Shown: positions 36,058-45,378, numbered from the stretch's first letter. The stretch: DNA of 64,000 bases from Candidatus Omnitrophota bacterium (GCA_021735655.1 JAIPGM010000003.1:128001-192000); one strand, 5' to 3'. Made by a program: numbers and translations. Notes: generated from the letters alone by a model not told the origin.

Positions 36058-38511
36058 ATGAATTACAATAAGAAGATTGATAAAAAATGGCAAAATAAAT
36101 GGATAAAGCAGGGAATTTTTTCTGTAGATAATAAAGACTCAGCAAAACCTAAATATTACTGCCTGGTAATGTTTCCTTATCCATCGAGTGAACTCCATGT
36201 TGGTCATGCCCGAAACTATGTAATTGGCGACGCTGTTGGTCGCTATAAAAGAATGCAGGGGCTTGGTGTTCTTTCTCCGATGGGTTGGGATGCTTTTGGG
36301 CTGCCGGCTGAGAATCAGGCAATTAAACATAAGATTCATCCCAAGACCTGGACTTTTAAAAATATTAAGCGGATAAAGGAGCAATTGGCAAGTTGGGGGG
36401 TAGGCTATGATTGGCCACGAGAAATCGCAACTTGTGATCCGGAATATTATAAGTGGACCCAGTGGCTTTTTTTGAGGTTATATAAAAAAGGTTTAGCCTA
36501 TCGCAAAGAAGCCCCGGTTAACTGGTGCGAATCTTGTAAAACCGTTTTAGCTAATGAACAGGTAACTAACGGAAAGTGTGAGCGTTGTTCAAATGAGGTT
36601 AACCAGAAAAATTTAGAGCAATGGTTTTTTAAAATTACTGACTATGCTGACCGTCTTTTAGATGATTTAAAACTTTTAGAACAGTGGCCGGAGCGGGTAA
36701 GAACGATGCAGGATAACTGGATTGGTAAGTCTTTCGGTGCTGAGATTAACTTTCCGGTTGAAAATTCAGAACTTAAGTTTAACTGTTTTACTACTCGAGC
36801 CGACACTATCTTTGGGGCAACTTTTTTGGGTTTAAGTTGGGGCCATCCTTATGTGGTTGAGTTAATAAAAGATCTTGCCAATAAAGACGAGATTGAAGCT
36901 TTTATTGAAAAGGTAAAAAAGCAACCTCAGTCAGCTCGTCTAATAGATAATTTTGAAAAGGAAGGAGTTTTTACCGGAAAGTTCGCAATTAATCCGATGA
37001 CCGGTGAAAAGATACCGATTTGGATTGCTAATTATATTCTTTCCGGATATGGAACCGGAGCAATCATGTGCGTTCCGGCTCATGATTCAAGAGACTTGGA
37101 ATTTGCTAAGAAGTATAGCCTACCGATTGTTGAAGTCATTGAAGCCGAAGATAAACAAAAGCGCCTTAGCATAAGCCAAGAAGCTTACGAAGGGGAAGGG
37201 TCTTTAATTAATTCGGGAAAGTTTGATCGCCTAGGCTCGGAAGAAGCTAAAGAGCAAATCGTTGATTTTATGGAAAATAACAATATTGGGAAAAGGTCGG
37301 TTAATTATAAGCTTAGGGATTGGCTGGTGTCGCGTCAGCGTTATTGGGGGGCACCGATTCCGATTATTTATTGTGAGGCTTGCGGTGAGGTTGCAGTGGA
37401 GGATAAAGATTTACCGGTTCTTTTACCGGAAGTAAAAGAGTTCTTACCTACTGGGCAATCTCCTTTAACTTATATTGATAAGTTTATTAAGGTTAAATGT
37501 CCTAAATGTGGTAAGCCAGCTCGTAGGGAAACCGATACCATGGATACCTTTGTGGATTCTAGTTGGTACTATTTACGTTACATATCGCCTAAAGAGAAAA
37601 AAACAGCTTTTGTAAGTAATGATGTAAATAAGTGGCTACCGGTAGATCAATATATCGGAGGGGTAGAGCATGCAATTTTACATTTGATGTATTCGCGTTT
37701 TATTAATAAGTTTCTTCAAGATGAGGGGCTGATAGATTTTTCTGAGCCATTTAAGCGTTTGTTTACTCAAGGCATGATTGTGAAAGATGGCAATAAGATG
37801 TCTAAGTCCAAGGGTAATGTGGTTGCTCCTGATTATATTATTGATAAGTACGGAGCCGATACCATGCGGCTTTACATTCTTTTTATCGGCCCGCCGGAGA
37901 AAGATGCCGAATGGCAGGATGAGGGATTGCTCGGCGCTTGGCGGTTCATTCAAAGGTCATTAAAGTTGGTTGATATGTTTAAGGAGTGTTCAAAAGAAGA
38001 TAACCATGAGCCAAATAATCAAGAAAAGGCTTTACTCAGAAAAGTACATTCAACGATTAAAGAAGTTACCAAGGACTTAGAGGGAAATTTTCAATTTAAT
38101 ACGGCTATTTCAAAAATTATGGAGTTAGTGAACCAGGCCTATAAGGGTATTAGCGAGGCAGCCTTAAGTAAGGATATTTTAAGGCAAACTGTTGATACGG
38201 TGTTTTTGCTTTTATCTCCTTTTACTCCGCACATCAGTGAAGAGGTTAATGAAATTCTTGGCAATAAAGAGTCTGTTTTGAAGCGTTCTTGGCCGGTAGT
38301 CAAAGAAGAGTATTTAAAGCAAGCTGAGGTTGAGATCGCAGTTTCAATAAATGGTAAGGTGAAGGATAGATTAAAGATAGATGTTAATTGGTCTAAGGAA
38401 GAAGTTGAAGTTAAAGCCTTAGCCTTAGAGAAGATAAAAAAATCACTACAAGAAAAACCGCCCAAGAAAGTCGTCTACATCGATAAGAGAATTGTTAATA
38501 TTGTGGTTTAA
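36058..38511 (+). CDS. leuS: leucine--tRNA ligase
   Basis: HVGHARNY (HIGH), KMSKSKGN, and editing and anticodon-binding domains. 817 aa. Confidence 0.95.
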   Translation: MNYNKKIDKKWQNKWIKQGIFSVDNKDSAKPKYYCLVMFPYPSSELHVGHARNYVIGDAVGRYKRMQGLGVLSPMGWDAFGLPAENQAIKHKIHPKTWTFKNIKRIKEQLASWGVGYDWPREIATCDPEYYKWTQWLFLRLYKKGLAYRKEAPVNWCESCKTVLANEQVTNGKCERCSNEVNQKNLEQWFFKITDYADRLLDDLKLLEQWPERVRTMQDNWIGKSFGAEINFPVENSELKFNCFTTRADTIFGATFLGLSWGHPYVVELIKDLANKDEIEAFIEKVKKQPQSARLIDNFEKEGVFTGKFAINPMTGEKIPIWIANYILSGYGTGAIMCVPAHDSRDLEFAKKYSLPIVEVIEAEDKQKRLSISQEAYEGEGSLINSGKFDRLGSEEAKEQIVDFMENNNIGKRSVNYKLRDWLVSRQRYWGAPIPIIYCEACGEVAVEDKDLPVLLPEVKEFLPTGQSPLTYIDKFIKVKCPKCGKPARRETDTMDTFVDSSWYYLRYISPKEKKTAFVSNDVNKWLPVDQYIGGVEHAILHLMYSRFINKFLQDEGLIDFSEPFKRLFTQGMIVKDGNKMSKSKGNVVAPDYIIDKYGADTMRLYILFIGPPEKDAEWQDEGLLGAWRFIQRSLKLVDMFKECSKEDNHEPNNQEKALLRKVHSTIKEVTKDLEGNFQFNTAISKIMELVNQAYKGISEAALSKDILRQTVDTVFLLLSPFTPHISEEVNEILGNKESVLKRSWPVVKEEYLKQAEVEIAVSINGKVKDRLKIDVNWSKEEVEVKALALEKIKKSLQEKPPKKVVYIDKRIVNIVV

Positions 38512-38587
38512 CTTTTCTTTGATGACAAAATCACCATATTATACGAACTTCGTATTTGCTGCTATTATGGACATTTTACGAAACAAT

Positions 38588-38609
38588 ATTATAAGGAAAA
38601 ACCTTATAA
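38588..38609 (+). promoter_or_regulatory. inverted repeat TTATAAGG-n5-CCTTATAA overlapping a TATAAT -10 box upstream of the pilin gene
   Basis: Perfect 8-bp arms at 38588-38595 and 38601-38608. TATAAT at 38604-38609. A second palindrome, ATACGAA-c-TTCGTAT, lies at about 38551-38565. Confidence 0.3.
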
Positions 38610-38716
38610 TTGGTTATATTATTATGATAAAATGGCAACAATAGAATAAATAATTTAAGCAATTAGGTAGTTCGTCTGTTAATTGTTAGATATAAAATAA
38701 AGAAATGAGGAGAAAA

Positions 38717-39310
38717 ATGAAAAAAGTATTTACCTTGATCGAACTAATTGTAGTCATCGCTATCATCGCAATTTTAGCTGCTATCATTGCTCCCAATGCC
38801 TTTAAGGCCATTGAAAAAGCGAAGGTATCTGAAGCAATTGGAGATTTTAAAGCATATAAAACCGCGGCCTATAGTTTATATGCTGATACTGGTAAATGGG
38901 TTATGGAGGGTGCGGGTATTGAGTCTACTCCTGCTGGTGTATGTTGTTTTTTATTCTTGGAATCCGATAATAATGATTTATCTGTAGACCTTACTGGCTG
39001 GGTTGGTTGGGATGGACCATACATTGAGAAAATTAAATCAGAGCACCCTTGGGGAGGTTGGTATGCTTTTCAAAGTTGGGACGCTGGTAGAGGCCCAGAG
39101 GTAGATATGTGGGTTGATTTCGAAGATGATTGTTATCAAATTCCTAAAGATTGGGGAAACGGTGGCTGTCCTGTGCCATTAAAGGCTCAACTGAAAATTG
39201 ACAGCATGGTTGATGACGGGGATCTTACGAATGGAAGTATCTTAGATGGCCCATCTACAAATCAGGTAGAAGGCGATCTAAGTTGGATTTTGGTTTGGGA
39301 TGCTTTATAG
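38717..39310 (+). CDS. type IV pilin / pseudopilin (prepilin-type N-terminal methylation domain), non-canonical Val at -1
   Basis: GAGGAG RBS then MKKV|FTLIELIVVIAIIAILAAII. The FTLIE class III signal is present but the residue before Phe is Val (gta), not Gly. Paralog of 5053..5616. An upstream in-frame ATG at 38705 is unlikely because it lies within the RBS. Confidence 0.7.
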   Translation: MKKVFTLIELIVVIAIIAILAAIIAPNAFKAIEKAKVSEAIGDFKAYKTAAYSLYADTGKWVMEGAGIESTPAGVCCFLFLESDNNDLSVDLTGWVGWDGPYIEKIKSEHPWGGWYAFQSWDAGRGPEVDMWVDFEDDCYQIPKDWGNGGCPVPLKAQLKIDSMVDDGDLTNGSILDGPSTNQVEGDLSWILVWDAL

Positions 39311-39447
39311 TTTCAACCAAATGGAGACAGAGTTGATAGTTTTCTGATAAAATTATCTAACAAGTTGATCCACCTGGGCGTCTCAGTAGGTGGATATTTT
39401 TGCGTTATGAATATAAAAATTAACAAAAAGCAAGAAAGGAGGTAGTT

Positions 39448-39840
39448 ATGGATCAATCAAACGTATCATCAGGACAAGTTGGGGGTCAGAAAGAATCGCA
39501 GCACAATATCAGCATCCCAGTGTATCTTATTTTAACTCTTCTGTCTTGTGGGTTCTTCAATATTTATTGGAATTATCGACAGATGGAGGCTTGTAATGAT
39601 TTGTTAGGCAAGAAAGAGTTTGATTTTTGGCTTTGGTTTCTTCTTACGATTGTTACTTGCGGGATTTATCATATTTTTTATCAATACAAAATGGGATCAG
39701 CTATCGTTGAGATTCAACACAATAAAAATAAGGTCGTATTTGATAACTTGCCGATTATCAGTGTGCTGGTAACTATTTTTGGTATGACCGTAATAGTTGA
39801 TTGCATACATCAAAGTGAGATCAATAAGATAGTTAGCTAA
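39448..39840 (+). CDS. DUF4234-like small membrane protein
   Basis: Two copies of a TM segment carrying the (S/T)CG(F/I)(F/Y)..Y(W/F).Y motif (LSCGFFNIYWNY and VTCGIYHIFYQY). Confidence 0.45.
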   Translation: MDQSNVSSGQVGGQKESQHNISIPVYLILTLLSCGFFNIYWNYRQMEACNDLLGKKEFDFWLWFLLTIVTCGIYHIFYQYKMGSAIVEIQHNKNKVVFDNLPIISVLVTIFGMTVIVDCIHQSEINKIVS

Positions 39841-39848
39841 TTAATAAG

Positions 39849-40235
39849 ATGCAGAGCAAGACCCAGGCGTCTAGATATGTTCTCCGGGCGCTCATTGGTT
39901 CTATTTTTTTGATCGTTGTTCTTTCTGGTGTTTGTTTTTTCTTTTTTGGAATAGACCTCAAAGAACATCTTTCGTATTTGCCTTTGTGCCCTTTTCGGGC
40001 GATTACCAAAATTCCTTGTCCCGGTTGCGGCATGACTCATGCTTTTTTGGACATCGGACAATTTAAAATTAAAGAGGCGATCACCTACAATCCTTTTTCA
40101 GTACCTTTATTTTGTTTAATGGCAATTTACTTATTCTTTGGGCGTATTCCTTTATGGCTGAAACATAAGCGTTTAGTTTATTTAGCAGTAGTTAGCGTTT
40201 TAGTGGTTTGGGTATTAGGTTTGGTAGCAAGCTAA
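39849..40235 (+). CDS. DUF2752-domain membrane protein
   Basis: CPFRAITKIPCPGCGMTHAF (CP…CPGCG.T) signature flanked by TM helices. Confidence 0.6.
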   Translation: MQSKTQASRYVLRALIGSIFLIVVLSGVCFFFFGIDLKEHLSYLPLCPFRAITKIPCPGCGMTHAFLDIGQFKIKEAITYNPFSVPLFCLMAIYLFFGRIPLWLKHKRLVYLAVVSVLVVWVLGLVAS

Positions 40236-40274
40236 AGGTTTAGTCAATCCAATTTAATTTATTTAGCAATAACT

Positions 40275-40625
40275 ATGTTTTGCCTTACTCCTCAAGAAAG
40301 AAAGGTTATTTTTTTAATCGCTGGTTTGATTTTGTTGGGTGGTATTTTAAGATTTTTAAATACTGACAAAATAAATAAAATATTTTTAGAGAATGCCAGT
40401 AAAACTTCTGCTGAGGAAGCTAGTGGTCGGCAAATACTGATCAATATTAATAAGGCTGACAGAGGACAACTTGAGCTTTTGCCGGGTATTGGTACGGTAA
40501 CCGCAGAAAGAATTATTAATTACCGTTCTGATTACGGTATTTTTAAAAGTTTCGAAGATTTAGAAAAAGTTAAAGGAATCGGAAGCGAAAAGGCTAAAAA
40601 TTTGGCCGAGTTAATTGTTTTTTAA
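40275..40625 (+). CDS. comEA: competence protein ComEA (helix-hairpin-helix DNA receptor)
   Basis: N-terminal TM anchor. C-terminal tandem HhH (ININKA…LELLPGIG…AERII.YR…G.F.S.EDL.KVKGIG.). Confidence 0.8.
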   Translation: MFCLTPQERKVIFLIAGLILLGGILRFLNTDKINKIFLENASKTSAEEASGRQILININKADRGQLELLPGIGTVTAERIINYRSDYGIFKSFEDLEKVKGIGSEKAKNLAELIVF

Positions 40626-40638
40626 GAGTTAAGTCATT

Positions 40639-42075
40639 GTGGTAAATATAAATTATGGTTCTTTTTTTAATTTTTTTCTTTTTATTTTTTTTGCCTTAGG
40701 TATCATAGTTAGCGCATTTTTTCCATCATTCTTGACCTCCCTTTGTTGTTTTTTTGTTGTAAGTTTTTTTAGCTATTTTTTTTATCGGAGAAATCGACGG
40801 TTTCTTTCTGATATCTTAATTTTGGTTATCTTTTTTGTTCTTGGAGGTATTTGGTATCTGGCTAATTCGCATCATCAACCGGAATCCCTTTTAAATAAAG
40901 ATAAGCGATTTGTTCTTAAGGTAATATCTTTACCTAAAAATACAAAATTGCGCAGTAGTTTCGCTGCCGAGATAGATCAAGCAGACGGTCATCCCTTTAG
41001 ACAAACTTTAAGAGTTTATGATTATACGAAGTCTTTGGAATACTTAAATAGTTATGAGGTTTTGGGTAAGTTAACCAGAAGGAGCTATCATGATCGCTGG
41101 TTTTATTATCTTTGGATAAAGTCTAAAGCTAGGATAAATGAGCTTTCTTTGAATCCCTGGGACAAGTTTGTTAAAGGGACTAGCCTGTATATTCTTGATA
41201 TTTTTAGAAAGAATTCTACGGATCAGGCTTATCGGTTTCTGGCAGCGGTATTTTTAGGAAGAAGGGAGTTGCTGGGTGGCGAGCGTGAATTTTTCTCTCG
41301 GGCTGGAGCATCACATCTTTTGGCGATAAGTGGATTGCATGTTGGTCTTACCGCTTTAATTTTGTTTTCTTTCTTGGGATTCTTCGGCCTTTCTTTTAGG
41401 CTCCGTTTAGGAATTTCTTTAGTTTTTCTTTATCTTTATACTTTTTTGACCGGGGTCAGTCCGTCAACTTTACGGGCGGTTATTATGTACTCGGTATTTG
41501 CTTTTAGTTTTTTCTTAAAACGAAGACCACACTCTTTCAATTCTTTAGGTTTGGCCGGACTAATTTGTTTGTTAATAGATCCGGCAATGCTTTTTACAAT
41601 TGGCTTTCAACTATCTTTTATGGCAGTTTTTGCCATCCTTGTTGGTTATCGAATTTTTCCGGTTAAGTTAGTTGGCAGTCGAGCTCTGGTTTACTCTGGG
41701 CAGATTTTCTTTTGCTCTTTGTTTGTAAATGTATTTGTCACACCGTTAACCGCTTATTATTTCGGCAATATTAATACTTTGGGGATAGTCTATAATATTG
41801 TTTTGATTCCTTTTTTTACTTTTATTCTTACGATAAACTTCTTTTTAATTATATTGGCTCCAGTAAGTTTTATTGCTCAAAATTTAGGGGCTTTACTTTC
41901 ATTTCTTATTTTGATTTTTGTTTATTTGGTCCGGTTTTTAGGTTCTTTTAGCTTTTCTTATTTTAGCTGGCAATTTTCTCTAACCGGCGTGTTTGGCTAC
42001 TATTTTGTTCTGGCCGGGATTCTTGTGTTTTTCAAGCTCAAGAGTAGTCTCAAGCTCCAAAGTCCAGATAGTTAA
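40639..42075 (+). CDS. comEC: ComEC/Rec2 DNA-uptake channel, short form lacking C-terminal metallo-beta-lactamase domain
   Basis: DUF4131-like N-terminal region followed by the polytopic Competence domain (…FLAAVFLG.R…LSRAGASHLLAISGLHVG…). Ends at 478 aa with no HxHxDH domain. Confidence 0.75.
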   Translation: MVNINYGSFFNFFLFIFFALGIIVSAFFPSFLTSLCCFFVVSFFSYFFYRRNRRFLSDILILVIFFVLGGIWYLANSHHQPESLLNKDKRFVLKVISLPKNTKLRSSFAAEIDQADGHPFRQTLRVYDYTKSLEYLNSYEVLGKLTRRSYHDRWFYYLWIKSKARINELSLNPWDKFVKGTSLYILDIFRKNSTDQAYRFLAAVFLGRRELLGGEREFFSRAGASHLLAISGLHVGLTALILFSFLGFFGLSFRLRLGISLVFLYLYTFLTGVSPSTLRAVIMYSVFAFSFFLKRRPHSFNSLGLAGLICLLIDPAMLFTIGFQLSFMAVFAILVGYRIFPVKLVGSRALVYSGQIFFCSLFVNVFVTPLTAYYFGNINTLGIVYNIVLIPFFTFILTINFFLIILAPVSFIAQNLGALLSFLILIFVYLVRFLGSFSFSYFSWQFSLTGVFGYYFVLAGILVFFKLKSSLKLQSPDS

Positions 42076-42128
42076 GGGTTGATTAATGGTTTGACAAGAA
42101 TAGCCTCCTTTGATATAGTTTTTTATCA

Positions 42129-44114
42129 ATGAAGAAGGCCATTTTTCTTTTAATTCTACTTACCTTTTCTTGGTCGGTTTACCCTTTTTGGGTTTGGTCT
42201 CCTAAGACTCAGAAGTGGAAGAACCCTAAATATTCAGCCCTTTCCACTCCTTACCTTCAGTATAAAGCAGCTTTAAAGATTTTTGAAGAAGGACGCTACA
42301 AGGAAGCCCATAAGGAATTTAAGAAATTCTTAGCTCACTATCCTGATGCTAAAGAAGCGGCTGAAAGCCAATATTACCTGGGTAGATGCCTTGAGAAGTT
42401 TGATAAGTCTTATGAGGCCTTTTTAGTTTATCAAAAACTAATCGATTCTTATCCTAATAGCCAGCGGATTAACGAAGTAATTGAGAGGGAGTACAATATT
42501 GGTGAGTCCTTTTTGAATCGTGAACATAAGAAATGGCTGGGTTTGTCATTGTATGATTTTGTAGAGCATCCTTCGATATTAATTTTTAATAGTTTGGTCA
42601 ATAAGGCTCCTTATTCAGAATATGCGCCGCGAGCTCAATATAAGCTGGGGATCATTCTTTTTGAATTAGGCCGGTTTGACGAAGCTCGAGATGCTTTTCA
42701 GAAGGTAGTTGATAATTATTCTGATACTGAATGGGCTCCTCCGGCAAAGTATCAATTAGCTATAGCGACTTCGAAGGCCTTTCCGGGGGCCGACTATGAT
42801 TCTTCTTACTTACAGGAGGCTACTGCCAGGCTTGATGAGTTTATTAAAGAACATCCTGAAGCTAAGATTTCCGATCAGGCTGAGGATCAACTGAAGATTT
42901 TAAGGAACCGAGAAGCTAAAAAGAACTTTGAGATAGCTCAATTTTATGAAAATCAGGATCAATATGAAAGTGCGGTGATTTATTATCGTAAAGTCCTTGA
43001 TGAGTATATTGATAGTGATTATTATGATAGTTCTTTAGAGAAGGTTCAGGAGTTGAATCAGTTAATCGAAGGAAACTTGACTAAGAAAGATTTAATCTTA
43101 AGCCATAAAAAAGAAGCAGCTCAAACTAAGAAGGCAGAGAAGATTAGGGCAAAGGATAGAAAAAAGGACAACAAACAGGAGCTTCGACAGAATAAAATAG
43201 ATACAAAAAAGAGAATTCGACAGGAAGCAAAGATATCCAAAGAGCTTCGTCGTAAGGAAAAGCTTGCGCTTAAGTCTGAGGCCAGAGCTAAAAAAGAAAT
43301 AGCTAGGGCTAAGAAGTTAAGAGAGAAGCAGGATCGGGCACAGGAGAAGAAGAACCGTGCCAAAGAGAGACGCGAGGAAAAACTTGCCCGAAAGAATGAG
43401 GCTAAGGCGAAAAAACAGGCCCTAAGAGCTAAAGAGTTAAAAAAGAGGGAAGCTCCGACACAGGGAAAAAAAGAGTTGGTTGAAGAAAAAAGTAAGGAAA
43501 AGTTTGTTGAATTAGAATCGGCTAAAGCCAAGAAGGTACCTTTAAAGAGTCCAAAGCTAAAAAAGAAACAAGATCAGCGAGAACGAAAGCAGGCTCTTCT
43601 TGCCGAGAAGCGACAAAGAAAAATTGAGCGTAAAGCTCAAAAAAGAGCTAAAAAAGAATTTACTCGAATTAAAAAGTTAAAGAAAAAAGAAGAGCTTATC
43701 CAGAAAAAGAAAGATTCAATTGCAGCTAAGCAAAAAGCAAAGCTTGATCGGAGCAACGAAGCTAAAGCGAGGAAGGAAGCAGCCAGAGAAGAGAAACTAA
43801 GACAGAAAGCAGAACGCTTAAAAGATAAACAAGCTCTTATTGAAAAAAAGCGAGCCGAAAAATTAGCTCGTCGAATTGAAGCTAAAGTTAGAAAAGAGGC
43901 GATTAGGGAAAAGAAGTTAAAGGCCAAGCAGGAATGTATTCAAAAAGCAAAGCAGATTAAAGCCCAAAAGCGTCAAGAGAAGCTAATTAAAAAACAAAAA
44001 GCTAAAGCTAAAAAAATGGCACTTAAGGAAAAAAAGCGTAAAGAAAAATTAGCTAAAGAAAGTCGGACTGAGCCTAAAGTAGAAGCTCAAGATAAGGAGA
44101 CAGAAAATGATTAA
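42129..44114 (+). CDS. BamD (YfiO)-like TPR outer-membrane assembly factor fused to a ~350-aa Lys/Glu/Arg/Ala-rich low-complexity tail
   Basis: Residues 1-300 match BamD architecture (signal peptide, …YP.S.YA..AQY.LG…YSDTEWAP.A.YQLA…YY.K…). Residues ~310-661 are near-pure K/E/R/A with repeated AKAKK / EKLARK units. Confidence 0.65.
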   Translation: MKKAIFLLILLTFSWSVYPFWVWSPKTQKWKNPKYSALSTPYLQYKAALKIFEEGRYKEAHKEFKKFLAHYPDAKEAAESQYYLGRCLEKFDKSYEAFLVYQKLIDSYPNSQRINEVIEREYNIGESFLNREHKKWLGLSLYDFVEHPSILIFNSLVNKAPYSEYAPRAQYKLGIILFELGRFDEARDAFQKVVDNYSDTEWAPPAKYQLAIATSKAFPGADYDSSYLQEATARLDEFIKEHPEAKISDQAEDQLKILRNREAKKNFEIAQFYENQDQYESAVIYYRKVLDEYIDSDYYDSSLEKVQELNQLIEGNLTKKDLILSHKKEAAQTKKAEKIRAKDRKKDNKQELRQNKIDTKKRIRQEAKISKELRRKEKLALKSEARAKKEIARAKKLREKQDRAQEKKNRAKERREEKLARKNEAKAKKQALRAKELKKREAPTQGKKELVEEKSKEKFVELESAKAKKVPLKSPKLKKKQDQRERKQALLAEKRQRKIERKAQKRAKKEFTRIKKLKKKEELIQKKKDSIAAKQKAKLDRSNEAKARKEAAREEKLRQKAERLKDKQALIEKKRAEKLARRIEAKVRKEAIREKKLKAKQECIQKAKQIKAQKRQEKLIKKQKAKAKKMALKEKKRKEKLAKESRTEPKVEAQDKETEND

Positions 44115-44622
44115 ATTATTAATTCTAGCTGTATTTTTTTTAAGTTCTGGATGCGGTTATACTACTCGAGGTTCTATTTATGCCGGGAAAAAAATAATGG
44201 TTCGGCCGGTAATTAATACCATTGATGTAACTTCTCTGAGTGAAAGAACATCGGGGTATGTTAATTTTCCTATTTTGATTGAAAATAAATTAACTAATGA
44301 GATAGTAAGTAAATTTAACAATGATGGCCAACTTAAGGTAGTCAGTCAGGATCAACAGGCGCTTACACTTACTTGTTCAGTGGATAGTTACACCAAACAG
44401 ACTTTGCGTTATGAAGAGGCTAATGATGGCGAGGTGAAGGAGCAACGCTTGAGGCTGCATACACACATCAAGCTTACCTCAGCCACAGGTGAAGTATTAA
44501 TTGAAGAAGATGTTGTTGGTGAGACCGAGTATCTTGTTTCCGGAAGTGAGACCACAGCCCAAATCGCTTTAGTAAGCGATACAGCGCGAAGAATTTCCGA
44601 AGCGGTTTTGGAGCAATGGTGA
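44107..44622 (+). CDS. lptE: LptE-like LPS-assembly lipoprotein
   Basis: Lipobox LSSGCGYTTRG resembles the LptE AGCGWHLR start. 171 aa. 8-nt overlap with the upstream BamD-like gene. Followed by a holA-like ORF, as in the E. coli leuS-lptE-holA block. Confidence 0.5.
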   Translation: MIKLLILAVFFLSSGCGYTTRGSIYAGKKIMVRPVINTIDVTSLSERTSGYVNFPILIENKLTNEIVSKFNNDGQLKVVSQDQQALTLTCSVDSYTKQTLRYEEANDGEVKEQRLRLHTHIKLTSATGEVLIEEDVVGETEYLVSGSETTAQIALVSDTARRISEAVLEQW

Positions 44623-44685
44623 TTCGTTAGTCTTTTTATGTCAAAGCACAAGAATTGCCCGCCTTTGTTTTGAGTCAATAAAATT

Positions 44686-45378
44686 ATGAAAGTTAGAGAA
44701 AGACTTTTTTTAATTTCCGGTGGTAACTTCGACCAGCGACAACGTACACTCAGTGGTATAAAGAAAAGGTTATTTAAGGAGAAGGATTCCCCTTTAGATA
44801 CTTTTACTTTTTATGGGAAAGAGGTAGAGTTGAAGGGTTTAAATGACAAGCTGCTCACTGCTTCCTTTGGTCAGCGGAGGATGATTATTTTTAGAAATTT
44901 TCATCAGTTGGCATCTCCGGTGAGAAAGTTTATTTTTAAAAATATAAAGAGGATTCTTCTTGCGAATTATGTTGTTTTTGACAGCGATAAGGAGTATTAT
45001 CAGCTACAAAGAGATAAACGGTTTATGTCAGATAGTTTATTTACCTTGGCTATAAAGCAAGCTGCGGTATATAAGGTTAGTCCGGTAAAAAAAGATTTTT
45101 CGTTTCAGGATTTAATGAGTAGCTTGCGAAAGAATGATTTAAATAGTTCGCTTTATATTATTGAGAGTCTTTTTCGTTCCGGTAGCAACGCACACATGCT
45201 GGGCCCGCAAATCATTGGTGTATTGGTTCATAAATGTTCCGGTTTTAGTAATCCGCGGAGAGAGATTTGTCTAGAATATTTATGGGAGGCTGACCGAGCG
45301 CTTAAAGAAAAAGGAGTTGATAGTCGTCTGGCTATTGAAACTCTGTTAGTGAAGATATTTACCCCTTCAGCTGGTTGA
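44686..45378 (+). CDS. possible DNA polymerase III delta subunit (HolA)-like protein, short
   Basis: Weak N-terminal resemblance to HolA (LFLISG.N…, …ASFGQRRMIIF). Position after lptE matches E. coli synteny. Only 230 aa. Confidence 0.35.
   Translation: MKVRERLFLISGGNFDQRQRTLSGIKKRLFKEKDSPLDTFTFYGKEVELKGLNDKLLTASFGQRRMIIFRNFHQLASPVRKFIFKNIKRILLANYVVFDSDKEYYQLQRDKRFMSDSLFTLAIKQAAVYKVSPVKKDFSFQDLMSSLRKNDLNSSLYIIESLFRSGSNAHMLGPQIIGVLVHKCSGFSNPRREICLEYLWEADRALKEKGVDSRLAIETLLVKIFTPSAG

Noticed and set aside
43121-43927. Minus-strand ORFs 43121..43531 and 43637..43927 (136 and 96 aa; Ser/Phe/Leu/Ala-rich).
   Set aside because: They lie antisense to the K/E/R/A-rich low-complexity tail of the BamD-like gene. 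Their composition is the mirror image of a low-complexity coding strand, which is a typical artefact.
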